DNA of 32,000 nucleotides from Horticoccus luteus (GTDB lineage: Bacteria; Verrucomicrobiota; Verrucomicrobiia; Opitutales; Opitutaceae), in the NCBI RefSeq assembly GCF_019464535.1, contig NZ_CP080507.1, forward strand, positions 2,910,001-2,942,000. The letters are read 5' to 3'. Shown in pieces: positions 9,079 through 17,689 of the stretch. The number at the start of each line of letters is the position of its first letter. The first letter of the stretch is position 1. The position numbers were made by a program, and so were the translations under genes. The notes beneath the pieces are model-generated. The model made no database searches and was not told where the DNA came from. It saw only the letters and a program-made list of their open reading frames with translations.

Positions 9079-9207
9079 GCCCGGACGGCGATCTTCGCCG
9101 CTCTATTTCGCCGCGGATTTTTTCGTCACAGCAAACTCGGACCTCCGACACGCCGGACTAAATGAAGTTGGCCGGGTGGACTGGCGTCAGCTCGACGTCC
9201 GTCCCGG

Positions 9208-9672
9208 TCACTTCCGCCGATGCCGCGCGGCGGTGAACACGAACTCGTATTTCAGTCCGTCGGGATCGTAGAAAAACGTCGCGTAATACGGTTCGCCGTA
9301 TTCGGGGCAGTCGCCGGGCGGATCCTCCACCCGGCACAGACCCTGTTGCTCGAGCGGCACCAGCACGTCCGCGTAAAACCGATCCACGTCCGCCCGGTCC
9401 GCCGCGTTGAACGCTACATGCGTGTGGTGCCCCACCGCGCCGTGTCGATACGGCACGTCCACATATTCCGGGCTCACGCCGCCGATGCCGAATTCGTGCG
9501 GCGCGTCGAGATCGTTCCGTCTCCAGTCGTCGTATTCATGGCCCTCGCCGCGGTGGCTGCCTGACAATTCATAGCCCAGATAACCCAGCATCGCCGCGTA
9601 AAACGGCGCGGAACGCGCCACGTTCGACACGATGATGTTCTGATGATGCAGCAGTCCGCGGCGGCCGTTCAT
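9208..9672 (-). CDS. VOC (glyoxalase/bleomycin-resistance/dioxygenase) family protein
   Basis: Start taken at ATG 9672 (MNGRRGLLHHQNIIVSNVARSAPFYAAMLGYLGY...HVAF...FFYDPDGLKYEFVF). The track start at 9744 would overlap the upstream gene. Confidence 0.75.
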   Translation of the reverse strand: MNGRRGLLHHQNIIVSNVARSAPFYAAMLGYLGYELSGSHRGEGHEYDDWRRNDLDAPHEFGIGGVSPEYVDVPYRHGAVGHHTHVAFNAADRADVDRFYADVLVPLEQQGLCRVEDPPGDCPEYGEPYYATFFYDPDGLKYEFVFTAARHRRK

Positions 9673-9718
9673 TGTTGTCTCGTCCAATTTTCGTTTGGGT
9701 GGTGGCGCGCCGATCGCA

Positions 9719-10114
9719 CTACCGTTCAACCGGCAGGATATCATCCGGCTTCAACGAGAACTCCAGCGCCACAAATCCGCCCGTGCCTTCGCCCACGTAA
9801 TAATCGGCCCGGATCCACAGCGGTCGGCGTTGAAAATAAATCACGCCATACAATCGCGTGAGCCGTTTGCCCAAAGTGGATGGCGCGAAAACCTCCGTCT
9901 CGATCACCGGACCCAAACGCGAACTCACCGCAACCAGACGCGCGCGCAGTTCGCCCAGTTTTGTATCGGTATCCGAACTATACCACGCCCGGAGCAACGC
10001 GTCCGGCCCGTTGGCCTGAAACGCCTGCAGCCCCGACCGAAAAGCGCCCACCGCATCGTCGGCCCGCGCGCTCACAGCGAACGCCAGCATCAAGATAAGC
10101 AGCAATTTTTTCAT
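9719..10114 (-). CDS. Hypothetical exported protein
   Basis: Start taken at ATG 10114, giving signal peptide MKKLLLILMLAFAVSARA. Codon use is G-ending like other - strand genes. I recognise no family. Confidence 0.6.
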   Translation of the reverse strand: MKKLLLILMLAFAVSARADDAVGAFRSGLQAFQANGPDALLRAWYSSDTDTKLGELRARLVAVSSRLGPVIETEVFAPSTLGKRLTRLYGVIYFQRRPLWIRADYYVGEGTGGFVALEFSLKPDDILPVER

Positions 10115-10215
10115 CACTAGAGGTTGGGTTGACCGATCTGCCGGCGATCGAAACAGGGAAAGCAACAGCGACGCCTCACCGGTGACTCAAGTTACGGGCC
10201 AGCTCGATCGTCCGC

Positions 10216-10716
10216 TCAACGCTCCGCTCCCGTCTCACGCCACTCCGCCAGCTTCCGCTCCGCTTCCTCGATGTCTCGTTCCGTGCGGTCGCGTTGTGCC
10301 GTCAGTTGATCGATTTTGTCTTCTAGGTGATCGTCCGCTTCCTGCGTCCCCGGTTGCGAGCGGAAGCTTTTGTTCTGCGTAATAAACGCCTCGAGTTGGT
10401 CGTGTTCATTGCGCAACCGCTCGACGCGCTTTTGCCAGCCTTCGCGCAACACCCACCGCACCGTCTGGCCATCGATGGTGTGCCGCACACGTTCGTCGAT
10501 CGCCTGCGCCCCGCTCGCCGCCTTCGCAATCATGATGTCCAGCCGCAGTTCCTGCAGCGCCACATCGAAATCCTTCCACGCCACATCACGCCCCTGTTTC
10601 CCGCGCCACAATGCCAGATTCACCGGCGTATCCGCCCGCACCGTGCGATCCAACGGTTCCTGTCGCGCGCATCCGGCGAGCACCGCCATCGTGCAAACCC
10701 ACAGCCATTTCTGCAT
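10216..10716 (-). CDS. Hypothetical lipoprotein with a charged coiled-coil C-terminus
   Basis: Start at ATG 10716: MQKWLWVCTMAVLAGC (lipobox L-A-G-C). The C-terminal half is rich in E/R/D/Q heptad-like sequence. The rest of the 372-aa track ORF is antisense to the GDPD gene. Confidence 0.65.
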   Translation of the reverse strand: MQKWLWVCTMAVLAGCARQEPLDRTVRADTPVNLALWRGKQGRDVAWKDFDVALQELRLDIMIAKAASGAQAIDERVRHTIDGQTVRWVLREGWQKRVERLRNEHDQLEAFITQNKSFRSQPGTQEADDHLEDKIDQLTAQRDRTERDIEEAERKLAEWRETGAER

Positions 10717-10784
10717 CGTCTTCGAAAATCCCGCTTTCCCCTCGGTGTCAAAACCCCTTCGCGCCCGCGCGCGATCCGCTCCGC

Positions 10785-11552
10785 TCACGATGGCCGCACG
10801 TCGCATTCCTGTAACTTGCTCCGCAGCCAGCCCGGCCGGTTCGTCGTCAGGCCGTCGGCGCCCGCGTCTCGCCAGCGTCTCGCCGTGCCAGGCGTGTCCA
10901 CCGTCCACACGTAGGTTCGCAAACCGGCCTCGCGTGCCCGCCGCACCGCAGCCGCAGGATTCGGCCACGCGCAGTGCACATCGAGTCCGTCCACGCCCGC
11001 CGCCTGCGCCGTCGTGACCAAAGTCTCCCACGTGCGCACCTCGAGGCGCGGTGAGTCGATGATCCACAGCACGTCCGCCGCCGGCAGGCGGCCCTTCGCC
11101 GCCACGGCGACCGCGAGGTCGAACGCGATAACTGCCACGCGTGCGTGCGGGCCAGCGGTCGCTTCCACCACCCGCGCCACCGGCTCGACGCTCGCAACGC
11201 CGTCCTTGATTTCGATCAACACGCGTTTTCCCGCCGGCGTCACCGCCAATAACTCTTCCAAAGCCGGCACGCGTTCGCCACGGAAGCTCTCCGCTTTCCA
11301 GCGGCCCACGTCCACGTCCCGGACCGCCGCCCACGTCAGGTCCGCGATGCCGGTCGCGGCCCCGCCCACCCGGCGCAAATCCGCATCATGCAGCGCGACC
11401 AAACGTCCATCCGCCGTCGTTCGCACGTCGCATTCCAGCGCATCCGCGCCCTGCGCCCAAGCCAGCCGCGCTGCCGCGACGGTGTTTTCCGGTGCGTCGT
11501 GCGAGGCCCCCCGATGCGCGATGATTTCCACGGGCCGAGGTTTGCCGCCCAC
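10785..11552 (-). CDS. Glycerophosphodiester phosphodiesterase (GDPD family, cytoplasmic UgpQ-like size)
   Basis: 255 aa with a GTG start: VEIIAHRGASHDAPENT...ALECDVRTTADGRLVALHD. This is the GDPD catalytic signature. Confidence 0.9.
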   Translation of the reverse strand: MGGKPRPVEIIAHRGASHDAPENTVAAARLAWAQGADALECDVRTTADGRLVALHDADLRRVGGAATGIADLTWAAVRDVDVGRWKAESFRGERVPALEELLAVTPAGKRVLIEIKDGVASVEPVARVVEATAGPHARVAVIAFDLAVAVAAKGRLPAADVLWIIDSPRLEVRTWETLVTTAQAAGVDGLDVHCAWPNPAAAVRRAREAGLRTYVWTVDTPGTARRWRDAGADGLTTNRPGWLRSKLQECDVRPS

Positions 11553-11586
11553 CTGCGGTCACCGCAACTCCGCTCGCGCTCGTGCG

Positions 11587-12309
11587 TCAGCCGCCGCTGC
11601 GCCGCTGCGCAAACAGCCACGTCCACACCTCTTCGTTCGCATAAGTCTGCGTCCACGAATCATGCTCCACTTCGGGATAAATTGTGAGCCGCGGCGCGCC
11701 GCCCGCCGCCTTGATCGCGTCCACCATCGCCTGTGTGTGCTGCACCGGCACGACCGGATCCTTCGCGCCATGGAATGCCCACACCGGCAAGTCCCGCAAT
11801 CGCCCGCCGAGCGACGCCTCGCCCGCCCCGCAAATCGGCACGACCGCCGCGTATTTTTCCGGCTGCCGCACCGCCAGTTCCCACGTTGCAAACCCACCCA
11901 TGCTCAAGCCCGTCACGTAAATGCGATCCGCGTCCACCCGATACCGCCGCTGCAACTCCGCGATGAACGCTTCCAGCGCGGGCGCACTCCACCACTCCTC
12001 CGCCGGGCACTGCGGCGAAACGACGATCGCCGGAAACGCGCGCCCCTCCTCAATCAACTTCGGCGGTCCGTTACGTTTCACCACCGCCAGATCCGCGCCG
12101 CGTTCGCCGCGCCCGTGCAAAAATACCAGCAACGGCCACTGCGCCCCGCCCTCCGCCCTATATTCGGCGGGCAACGCCAACAAATAATCAAAGCGGTAAC
12201 GCACCATCACCTCGACTGACGCGGCCGTTTGCGCGCGCGAAGACTGCGACGAGAGAGCGGGATCAGGAGAAGGATTCATGAGCGAGTTGAGCAGCGCATA
12301 CTCCTTCAT
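11587..12309 (-). CDS. Alpha/beta-hydrolase (phospholipase/carboxylesterase or dienelactone-hydrolase-like esterase)
   Basis: GLSMGG nucleophile elbow, HGAKDPVVP (Asp) and EHDSW (His). The start is uncertain: in-frame ATGs at 12309, 12279 and 12207, and the frame stays open further upstream. Confidence 0.8.
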   Translation of the reverse strand: MKEYALLNSLMNPSPDPALSSQSSRAQTAASVEVMVRYRFDYLLALPAEYRAEGGAQWPLLVFLHGRGERGADLAVVKRNGPPKLIEEGRAFPAIVVSPQCPAEEWWSAPALEAFIAELQRRYRVDADRIYVTGLSMGGFATWELAVRQPEKYAAVVPICGAGEASLGGRLRDLPVWAFHGAKDPVVPVQHTQAMVDAIKAAGGAPRLTIYPEVEHDSWTQTYANEEVWTWLFAQRRSGG

Positions 12310-12625
12310 CCGGAGCGGCGTGTCGACACCTCGTCCGCCGGGAATCGCGTAAGTTCCTGCGCGGACGTCGCACCGCCCGTCACGCCTCGGGTTCGACGCC
12401 TGCGTCCAGCGAAACCCCGCATCACCGCCCGCCCGCGCAATCTCGCCCCCCACTGCCTCGTCAACGCGCAACAATCTCTGTCCGCCCAGCCAACGCGGCT
12501 CCTCCGCGACCACCGCGCGTCGCGCCCGCCGCAACGAGGCTTTCCTCGCCCGCGGCCCCGCCTCGCCCGCGATTTTGCGGACTTTCGACCTGCCTCCGCG
12601 CGGCCGATGTGCTTCAGTTTGGGCG

Positions 12626-13585
12626 ATGACAAGTCCGCTCACCTCGGCCCCTGTCCCCGAATCTCCCGGCGTCCGCAAAGTGCCGTTCGTTGACTCCACG
12701 CCGCTCCTCGGCGACGCCGACGCCCTGCGCGCACGTGCGGCCGACGACGGCTTCTTGTTCTTCAAACACTTCCTGCCTGTCGCCGAACTCTTCGCTCTGC
12801 GAAAAGACATGCTGGCCGTCGTCGAACGCCACGGTTGGCGCCAACCCGGTCAGGACGCGCTCGGCGGACGCATCAATCTGGACGCGCTCAACGAGGTGCC
12901 CGAAGAGAAGATGCGCACCGATATCGGCGTCAGTATCGCCGCCTACGACGACGTGCAGAAACTGGAAAGTTTTCATCGTCTGCCGCACCACCCGAAGTTG
13001 CTCGCGCTCTATCGCACGCTTTTTGGCAGCGAGGTGCTCGTGCACCCGCGCCACATCGGCCGCATGATCACCGGCCACAAAGCGGTTTTCCCTACTCCCC
13101 CGCACCAAGACTTTCCGCTGATCCAAGGCACCGCCGCCACGTGGACCTGTTGGTTTCCGCTGGGCGATTGTCCGCGCTCCTGCGGCGGACTCACGATTCT
13201 CAAAGGTTCTCACCGCGCCGGCTATATTCCCATCCAGCCCTCGAAAGGCGCCGGCGGCATCGCCGTCTCGCTCTGCCCTTGGGAAACCGAGTGGGCCGAG
13301 GGCGACTACGAAGCCGGCGATATTATCACCTTCCCGAGCCACACCGTGCACAAGGCGCTGCGTTGCCAGCACAAAGACCTCATCCGCCTCTCGCTCGACG
13401 TCCGCTACCAATCGGTCAACGACGTGGTCGAGGAAAAGTCCCTCAAGCCGCACTGCGATCTCACGTGGGAACAGATCTACGCCGGTTGGTCGAGCGATGC
13501 GTTGAAATACTATTGGCAGCGTCAACCGCTCACGCTCACGCCGTGGAACGACACCTACCTCCAGCCCAGCCGGCGGATCTGCTAA
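12626..13585 (+). CDS. Phytanoyl-CoA dioxygenase (PhyH) family Fe(II)/2-oxoglutarate oxygenase
   Basis: Start at ATG 12626. Contains PPHQDFPLIQG (the H-x-D iron ligands), a distal His in FPSHTVHKAL and an R in LSLDVRYQ. Confidence 0.85.
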   Translation: MTSPLTSAPVPESPGVRKVPFVDSTPLLGDADALRARAADDGFLFFKHFLPVAELFALRKDMLAVVERHGWRQPGQDALGGRINLDALNEVPEEKMRTDIGVSIAAYDDVQKLESFHRLPHHPKLLALYRTLFGSEVLVHPRHIGRMITGHKAVFPTPPHQDFPLIQGTAATWTCWFPLGDCPRSCGGLTILKGSHRAGYIPIQPSKGAGGIAVSLCPWETEWAEGDYEAGDIITFPSHTVHKALRCQHKDLIRLSLDVRYQSVNDVVEEKSLKPHCDLTWEQIYAGWSSDALKYYWQRQPLTLTPWNDTYLQPSRRIC

Positions 13586-13716
13586 ACACCTCCTCGGCCG
13601 GGCCCCGTGCGCCCCGCCAACATCCGCCGCAGCTCAACGTCGGCGCGCGTTAACCAGCCCGTGCCTTACACGTCAGCGGATTGACACCTAAACGCCTTCG
13701 CCTCATCCGGTCTCGG

Positions 13717-14154
13717 ATGAAACCCCCGCTCTGGATCACCGTTTTCGCGCTGGTCGGCTCCCCGGCTTTTGCGCAATCCCAGGCCGCCGCCGATCACGGC
13801 TCGGAAGCCGTCCGCTACACCGGCGCCGCCGCTGCGGAGTCCACTCAGGCCGCCGTCGCCGCCGCCGCTGGCTCCCTCCGTCTCACCTCGAAGATCGCCG
13901 CGGTCCCGCTCTGGCTCGCCGGCAGCGCCGCCGTCTCCGCTGGTGCCACCGTATCCGCCGTCGGCTCGTCCGCCGCCGCTGTCGGGGCGAGCGCCGCCGA
14001 TGCCGCCCGGCAGACATGGGATTTTTCGTCCGGCGATCCCGCTTCGCGCCCCAGCCTCGATCCCTCGGTGGGTCTGCCGCCCGCGCCGGTTCCACCCGCG
14101 CCGCCCCCGCACGACCCTTCGCCCGCCGAGATGCTCAAGCAAAACCAGCGCTGA
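13717..14154 (+). CDS. Hypothetical exported Ala-rich protein with a Pro-rich tail
   Basis: ATG 13717 gives signal peptide MKPPLWITVFALVGSPAFA-QS. This is followed by Ala/Ser/Val-rich low-complexity sequence, a hydrophobic stretch (IAAVPLWLAGSAAVSAGATVSAVG) and PPAPVPPAPPPHDPSP. Third positions are overwhelmingly C or G in this frame. Confidence 0.6.
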   Translation: MKPPLWITVFALVGSPAFAQSQAAADHGSEAVRYTGAAAAESTQAAVAAAAGSLRLTSKIAAVPLWLAGSAAVSAGATVSAVGSSAAAVGASAADAARQTWDFSSGDPASRPSLDPSVGLPPAPVPPAPPPHDPSPAEMLKQNQR

Positions 14155-14161
14155 TCCCGCC

Positions 14162-14971
14162 ATGAAGCTCACCCGCCTCCTTCCACTCTTCGCGCTCACC
14201 GCGCTCGCCACATTCGTCGCCCCTGCACCCGCCTTCGCCGGCAGTGCAGCGGGCAGCCGCACCGGGGCCGAGAAATTCGGCGACGCCACCATCCGCCAGT
14301 TCGCGGAAAAAGTGAACGCCACGCTCGATGCGAAGAAAGTCAATCTCGCGATCATTGCGCGCTCCGGCCGTCCGCGCTCCCAACTACCTCAGGGCATTAC
14401 TTATACACACGTGGCCATCATCGTCTTCGAGCCCGTGCGCTCCGCTGATGGCCACATCGGGCACACCTATACTGTCTATAATCTGTATCAAGGCGACCAA
14501 GGCCGCGCCAACCGATCCTACCTCGCGCAGGACTTTACTTACGATTTTGTTTCCGGCACCGCCGAGCGCGACGTCGCGGTGTTCGTCCCGATCGAGGCGC
14601 TGCAAAAACGCATCCTCGCCGTGATCCGCTCGCCGGCCTATCAGGCGCTGCACAATCCCGACTATAACCTCGTCACCAACCCTTGGGTTGACCGCTTCGA
14701 CAACTGCGTCACCCACACGCTGAAGATCTGTGTCGCCGCGATTTACCAAACCGACGACCGCGCCCGCATCTACGACAACATCCGCCGCTACTTCAAACCC
14801 ACCCCGGTCAAGCTCAACGGCCTGCAGGCGTTTGGCTCCTCGTTTATGAGCAGCGTGAGCCGGGCCGACATGGATAAATCGGGCCTCCAGACCGCCTCCT
14901 ACGACTCACTGAAAGCGTTTTTCGCCGAAAACGGGCTCATGGAGGAATCGATGACCATTTCCATGGACTGA
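14162..14971 (+). CDS. DUF2145-family exported protein
   Basis: Internal ATG 14162 gives signal peptide MKLTRLLPLFALTALATFVAPAPAFA. The body (YTHVAIIVFEP...YNLYQG...DNCVTHTLKI...) matches my recollection of DUF2145. The track start at 13769 is an alternate-frame extension over the previous gene. Confidence 0.8.
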   Translation: MKLTRLLPLFALTALATFVAPAPAFAGSAAGSRTGAEKFGDATIRQFAEKVNATLDAKKVNLAIIARSGRPRSQLPQGITYTHVAIIVFEPVRSADGHIGHTYTVYNLYQGDQGRANRSYLAQDFTYDFVSGTAERDVAVFVPIEALQKRILAVIRSPAYQALHNPDYNLVTNPWVDRFDNCVTHTLKICVAAIYQTDDRARIYDNIRRYFKPTPVKLNGLQAFGSSFMSSVSRADMDKSGLQTASYDSLKAFFAENGLMEESMTISMD

Positions 14972-14997
14972 ACCCGCCGATCGGGCGCCTGCCTTAC

Positions 14998-15030
14998 GCC
15001 TCCGCTGCCCCGGCACGGAGGCCTTTTTGT
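14998..15030 (+). terminator. Rho-independent terminator after the DUF2145 operon
   Basis: GCCTCCG(C)TGCC-cc-GGCA-CGGAGGC followed by CTTTTTGT, 27 nt after the stop at 14971. Confidence 0.7.
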
Positions 15031-15040
15031 GTGCGGATGC

Positions 15041-15211
15041 CTATAACTTCTTCCCCACGAACACGCCGAGCACGAGCAACAGCACGCAGACCGCGAGAAA
15101 AAGGAAGAAAATGATCTTGGCGATCGCGGCCGCCGCTCCGGCCAAAGCCGCGAAACCCAGCGCCCCCGCTGCGATTGCCACCAGCGCGAATATTAAAGCC
15201 CATTTTAGCAT
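15041..15211 (-). CDS. DUF1328 / UPF0391 (YtjA-like) small membrane protein, 56 aa (not in the ORF track)
   Basis: Hand translation from ATG 15211 gives MLKWALIFALVAIAAGALGFAALAGAAAAIAKIIFFLFLAVCVLLLVLGVFVGKKL, with stop TAG at 15043-15041. It resembles E. coli YtjA closely (two TM helices, the LGF..LAG...IAKI core). The track's 69-aa ORF 14994..15203 is a different frame of the same DNA. Confidence 0.8.
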   Translation of the reverse strand: MLKWALIFALVAIAAGALGFAALAGAAAAIAKIIFFLFLAVCVLLLVLGVFVGKKL

Positions 15212-15401
15212 AATAAAGAAAGGTTTACTGTTGTTTGCTCGCGCAGACCGAGCGCGCTTCCCTCCGTTCCTGCGCCGTTGGCCGGCGGCGTTTTATAATC
15301 ATCACTCACAGCGATTGACACCCTCTCGGCTCACCGCAGATTTTGTTCATCGCCCGCATGTTCCACCGGCCTCCAGCGCGCCACGGCGGCGCCAAGATCT
15401 G

Positions 15402-17210
15402 ATGCTAAATTTAGAAAGAAAAGTTTTTACGGGTCTCGCCGGGTCCACCGCGATGCTCCTCCTCATCGGCGCCCTCACGTGGTGGAACGCCGCGCGCCTC
15501 GTGGACACCTTCCGCTGGGTCGAACACACTCAGGAAGTCATTGGCGACCTCAATGAGACGCTCGTCGAGGTGCTGAACATGCAGGTCGGCGCGCGTAATT
15601 ACCTGCTGTTGGGCGATGAAACGTATCTGGAAGCCTATCGCCACGCCGCCGCGGAAAGCCGCCGCCGCGCCGCCATCGTCCGCCAGCTCACCGCCGACCA
15701 ACCGGCGCAACGCGCGCGGATCGACGCACTTGACCCTCTGCTTGCCGAAGCCGCCGTCCGACTCCAAGCCCGCATCGACCTGCGCCAGGCGCAAGGCGTC
15801 AGCACCGCGACCGAAGCGAAAACCTCTCGCAGCCACGACATCATCGTGCGCATCCGCCAGACGATTGGAGAGATGCGGCGGCACGAAGAGCAGTTGCTCG
15901 CCCAACGCTCCGCCGCGGTCGTGCACGCCTTGGAGCTCACCATGGCCTGCGTCGTCCTCGGCGGCGCTCTCGCCATCGGCTTGGTCACCGTGGCCGGCAT
16001 TCTCATCGGTCGGGATTTTCGCCTTCGCCGCGAGGCCGAGTCCAAGCTCGAGCGCAACCGCGCCATGTTCGAAAGCCTGTTCGAAAATGCCGCGGACGGA
16101 TTGATCGTCGTCTCGCCCGCCGGCAGCATCGTGCGCCTCAACCGCACCGCCGAGCGCCTCTTTGGCCACACCCGCTCCGCGTTGATCGGCCATCCGGTCG
16201 AAGCCCTCCTGCCCGAGGCATTTCGCGCCGCCCATGCGGCGAAGAACGAAGATGCACCGGCCGACGGTTTTGCGCCCGCGCTCGACGAGCGAATGGACTA
16301 CGTCGCCCGCCGCGCCGACGGCTCGACCCTCCCCGTCGAGATCATGCTTTCGCCCCTCGAAACCGACGATGGCCGCGTGACCCTCGCGACGGTCCGCGAT
16401 CTCACCCGCCGCCGCGCCGCCGAACAAAAGATCACGCAGCTCAATGCGGATTTGCAGCGCCAAAACGGCCAACTCACCGCCGCCGTGGCCGAGCTCGAAG
16501 CCTTTTCCTACTCCGTGTCGCACGACTTGCGCGCACCCCTTCGTCACATCGACGGATTCTCCGCACTCCTCGGTCAGCACCTCAACGGCAACGCCGACGA
16601 GACGAGCACCCGCTACCTTGACACGATTGGCCACGCCGCCCAGCGCATGGGCCGGCTGATCGACGACCTGCTCGCGTTCTCCCGCGCAGGTCGCACCCCC
16701 GTCAAACTTGAGCCCGTCGCCCACGATCACCTGCTCGCCACCGTCATCCGCGAACTCAACCTGAGCGGATCCACCGCCCCCATCGCCTGGCAAATCGCCC
16801 CGCTCCCCACGCTGCCCGGCGACCCCGCGCTCCTGCACCAAGTGTGGTCCAACCTGGTCGAAAACGCCGTCAAATATTCCTCCAAGAATCCCGCCCCCCG
16901 CATCGAGATCGGCGCGCAGTTGGGCCCCGACGGCACGGAATGGATTTTCTTCGTGCGCGACAACGGCGTCGGCTTCGACATGCGCCACGTCGACAAACTC
17001 TTCGGCGTCTTCCAACGCCTGCACGCGATGTCCGAGTTCCCCGGCACCGGCATCGGCCTCGCCAACGTCCGCCGCATCGTTACCCGTCATGGCGGCCGCA
17101 CCTGGGCCGAAGGCGTCAAAGGCACCGGCGCCACGTTCTATTTTTCCCTGCCCCGCGATGCCGCCGCCGTCGCTGCTGTTCAACCGCCCGCTCCCGCCGT
17201 TGCTTCCTAA
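15402..17210 (+). CDS. Sensor histidine kinase: TM, CHASE3, TM, PAS, HisKA, HATPase
   Basis: Start at ATG 15402. TM1 is FTGLAGSTAMLLLIGALTWW. The CHASE3-like periplasmic region is WVEHTQEVIGDLNETLVEVLNMQVGARNYLLLGDETYLEAY. TM2 is followed by PAS. The H-box is SHDLRAPLRHI (His codon 16521-16523), the N-box NLVENAVKYS, the G-boxes DNGVGFD and GTGIGLANV. Confidence 0.9.
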   Translation: MLNLERKVFTGLAGSTAMLLLIGALTWWNAARLVDTFRWVEHTQEVIGDLNETLVEVLNMQVGARNYLLLGDETYLEAYRHAAAESRRRAAIVRQLTADQPAQRARIDALDPLLAEAAVRLQARIDLRQAQGVSTATEAKTSRSHDIIVRIRQTIGEMRRHEEQLLAQRSAAVVHALELTMACVVLGGALAIGLVTVAGILIGRDFRLRREAESKLERNRAMFESLFENAADGLIVVSPAGSIVRLNRTAERLFGHTRSALIGHPVEALLPEAFRAAHAAKNEDAPADGFAPALDERMDYVARRADGSTLPVEIMLSPLETDDGRVTLATVRDLTRRRAAEQKITQLNADLQRQNGQLTAAVAELEAFSYSVSHDLRAPLRHIDGFSALLGQHLNGNADETSTRYLDTIGHAAQRMGRLIDDLLAFSRAGRTPVKLEPVAHDHLLATVIRELNLSGSTAPIAWQIAPLPTLPGDPALLHQVWSNLVENAVKYSSKNPAPRIEIGAQLGPDGTEWIFFVRDNGVGFDMRHVDKLFGVFQRLHAMSEFPGTGIGLANVRRIVTRHGGRTWAEGVKGTGATFYFSLPRDAAAVAAVQPPAPAVAS

Positions 17211-17224
17211 CCGCCCCTCGCACC

Positions 17225-17680
17225 ATGTCGCCACTGCCACCCCTGCGTCCCATTCTGCTCGTCGAGGACAATCCCAACGACGTCGAGCTCACTCTGACGG
17301 CGTTGAAACAAGCCCGCCTCGCCAACGAAGTCATCGTCGCCCACGACGGTGACCAAGCCCTCGACCTCCTCTTCCGCCGCGGCGCGCACGCCGGCCGCAC
17401 CGCCCCCGACCCCAGCGTCGTGTTTCTCGACTTGAAAATGCCCGGCACCGACGGCCGCGACGTCTTGCGCCAGATGCGCAACGCCCCCGCCCTCGAAAAT
17501 CTGCCAGTCGTAGTCCTCACCTCCTCCCGCGAAGAATCCGATTTGCTCGAAACCTATCAACTCGGCGCCAACGCCTACGTCGTGAAGCCCGTGGGCTTCA
17601 GCAACTTTATCAGCGCCGTCAGCAAACTCGGCTTTTTCTGGGCCTTGATCAACGAGCCGCCGCCGACTCCCCGGGCCTGA
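17225..17680 (+). CDS. Single-domain response regulator (Rcp/CheY-like receiver, no output domain)
   Basis: ILLVEDNPNDVELT...VVFLDLKMPGTDG (Asp codon 17429-17431)...VVVLTSS...YVVKPV. 151 aa, starting 15 nt after the kinase stop. Confidence 0.9.
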   Translation: MSPLPPLRPILLVEDNPNDVELTLTALKQARLANEVIVAHDGDQALDLLFRRGAHAGRTAPDPSVVFLDLKMPGTDGRDVLRQMRNAPALENLPVVVLTSSREESDLLETYQLGANAYVVKPVGFSNFISAVSKLGFFWALINEPPPTPRA

Positions 17681-17689
17681 TCTTTTCAG

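Noticed and set aside
6585-9161. ORFs 6585..7598 (-), 7690..9072 (-) and 7902..9161 (+), of 337 to 460 aa
   Set aside because: They are antisense or out of frame to the AKR and xylA genes, and their translations are low-complexity Arg/Gly/Glu-rich sequence.
14994-15203. The 69-aa minus-strand ORF listed in the track (MGFNIRAGGNRSGGAGF...)
   Set aside because: A different frame of the same DNA encodes a convincing YtjA/DUF1328 membrane protein. The listed frame is Gly/Arg-rich with no family resemblance.
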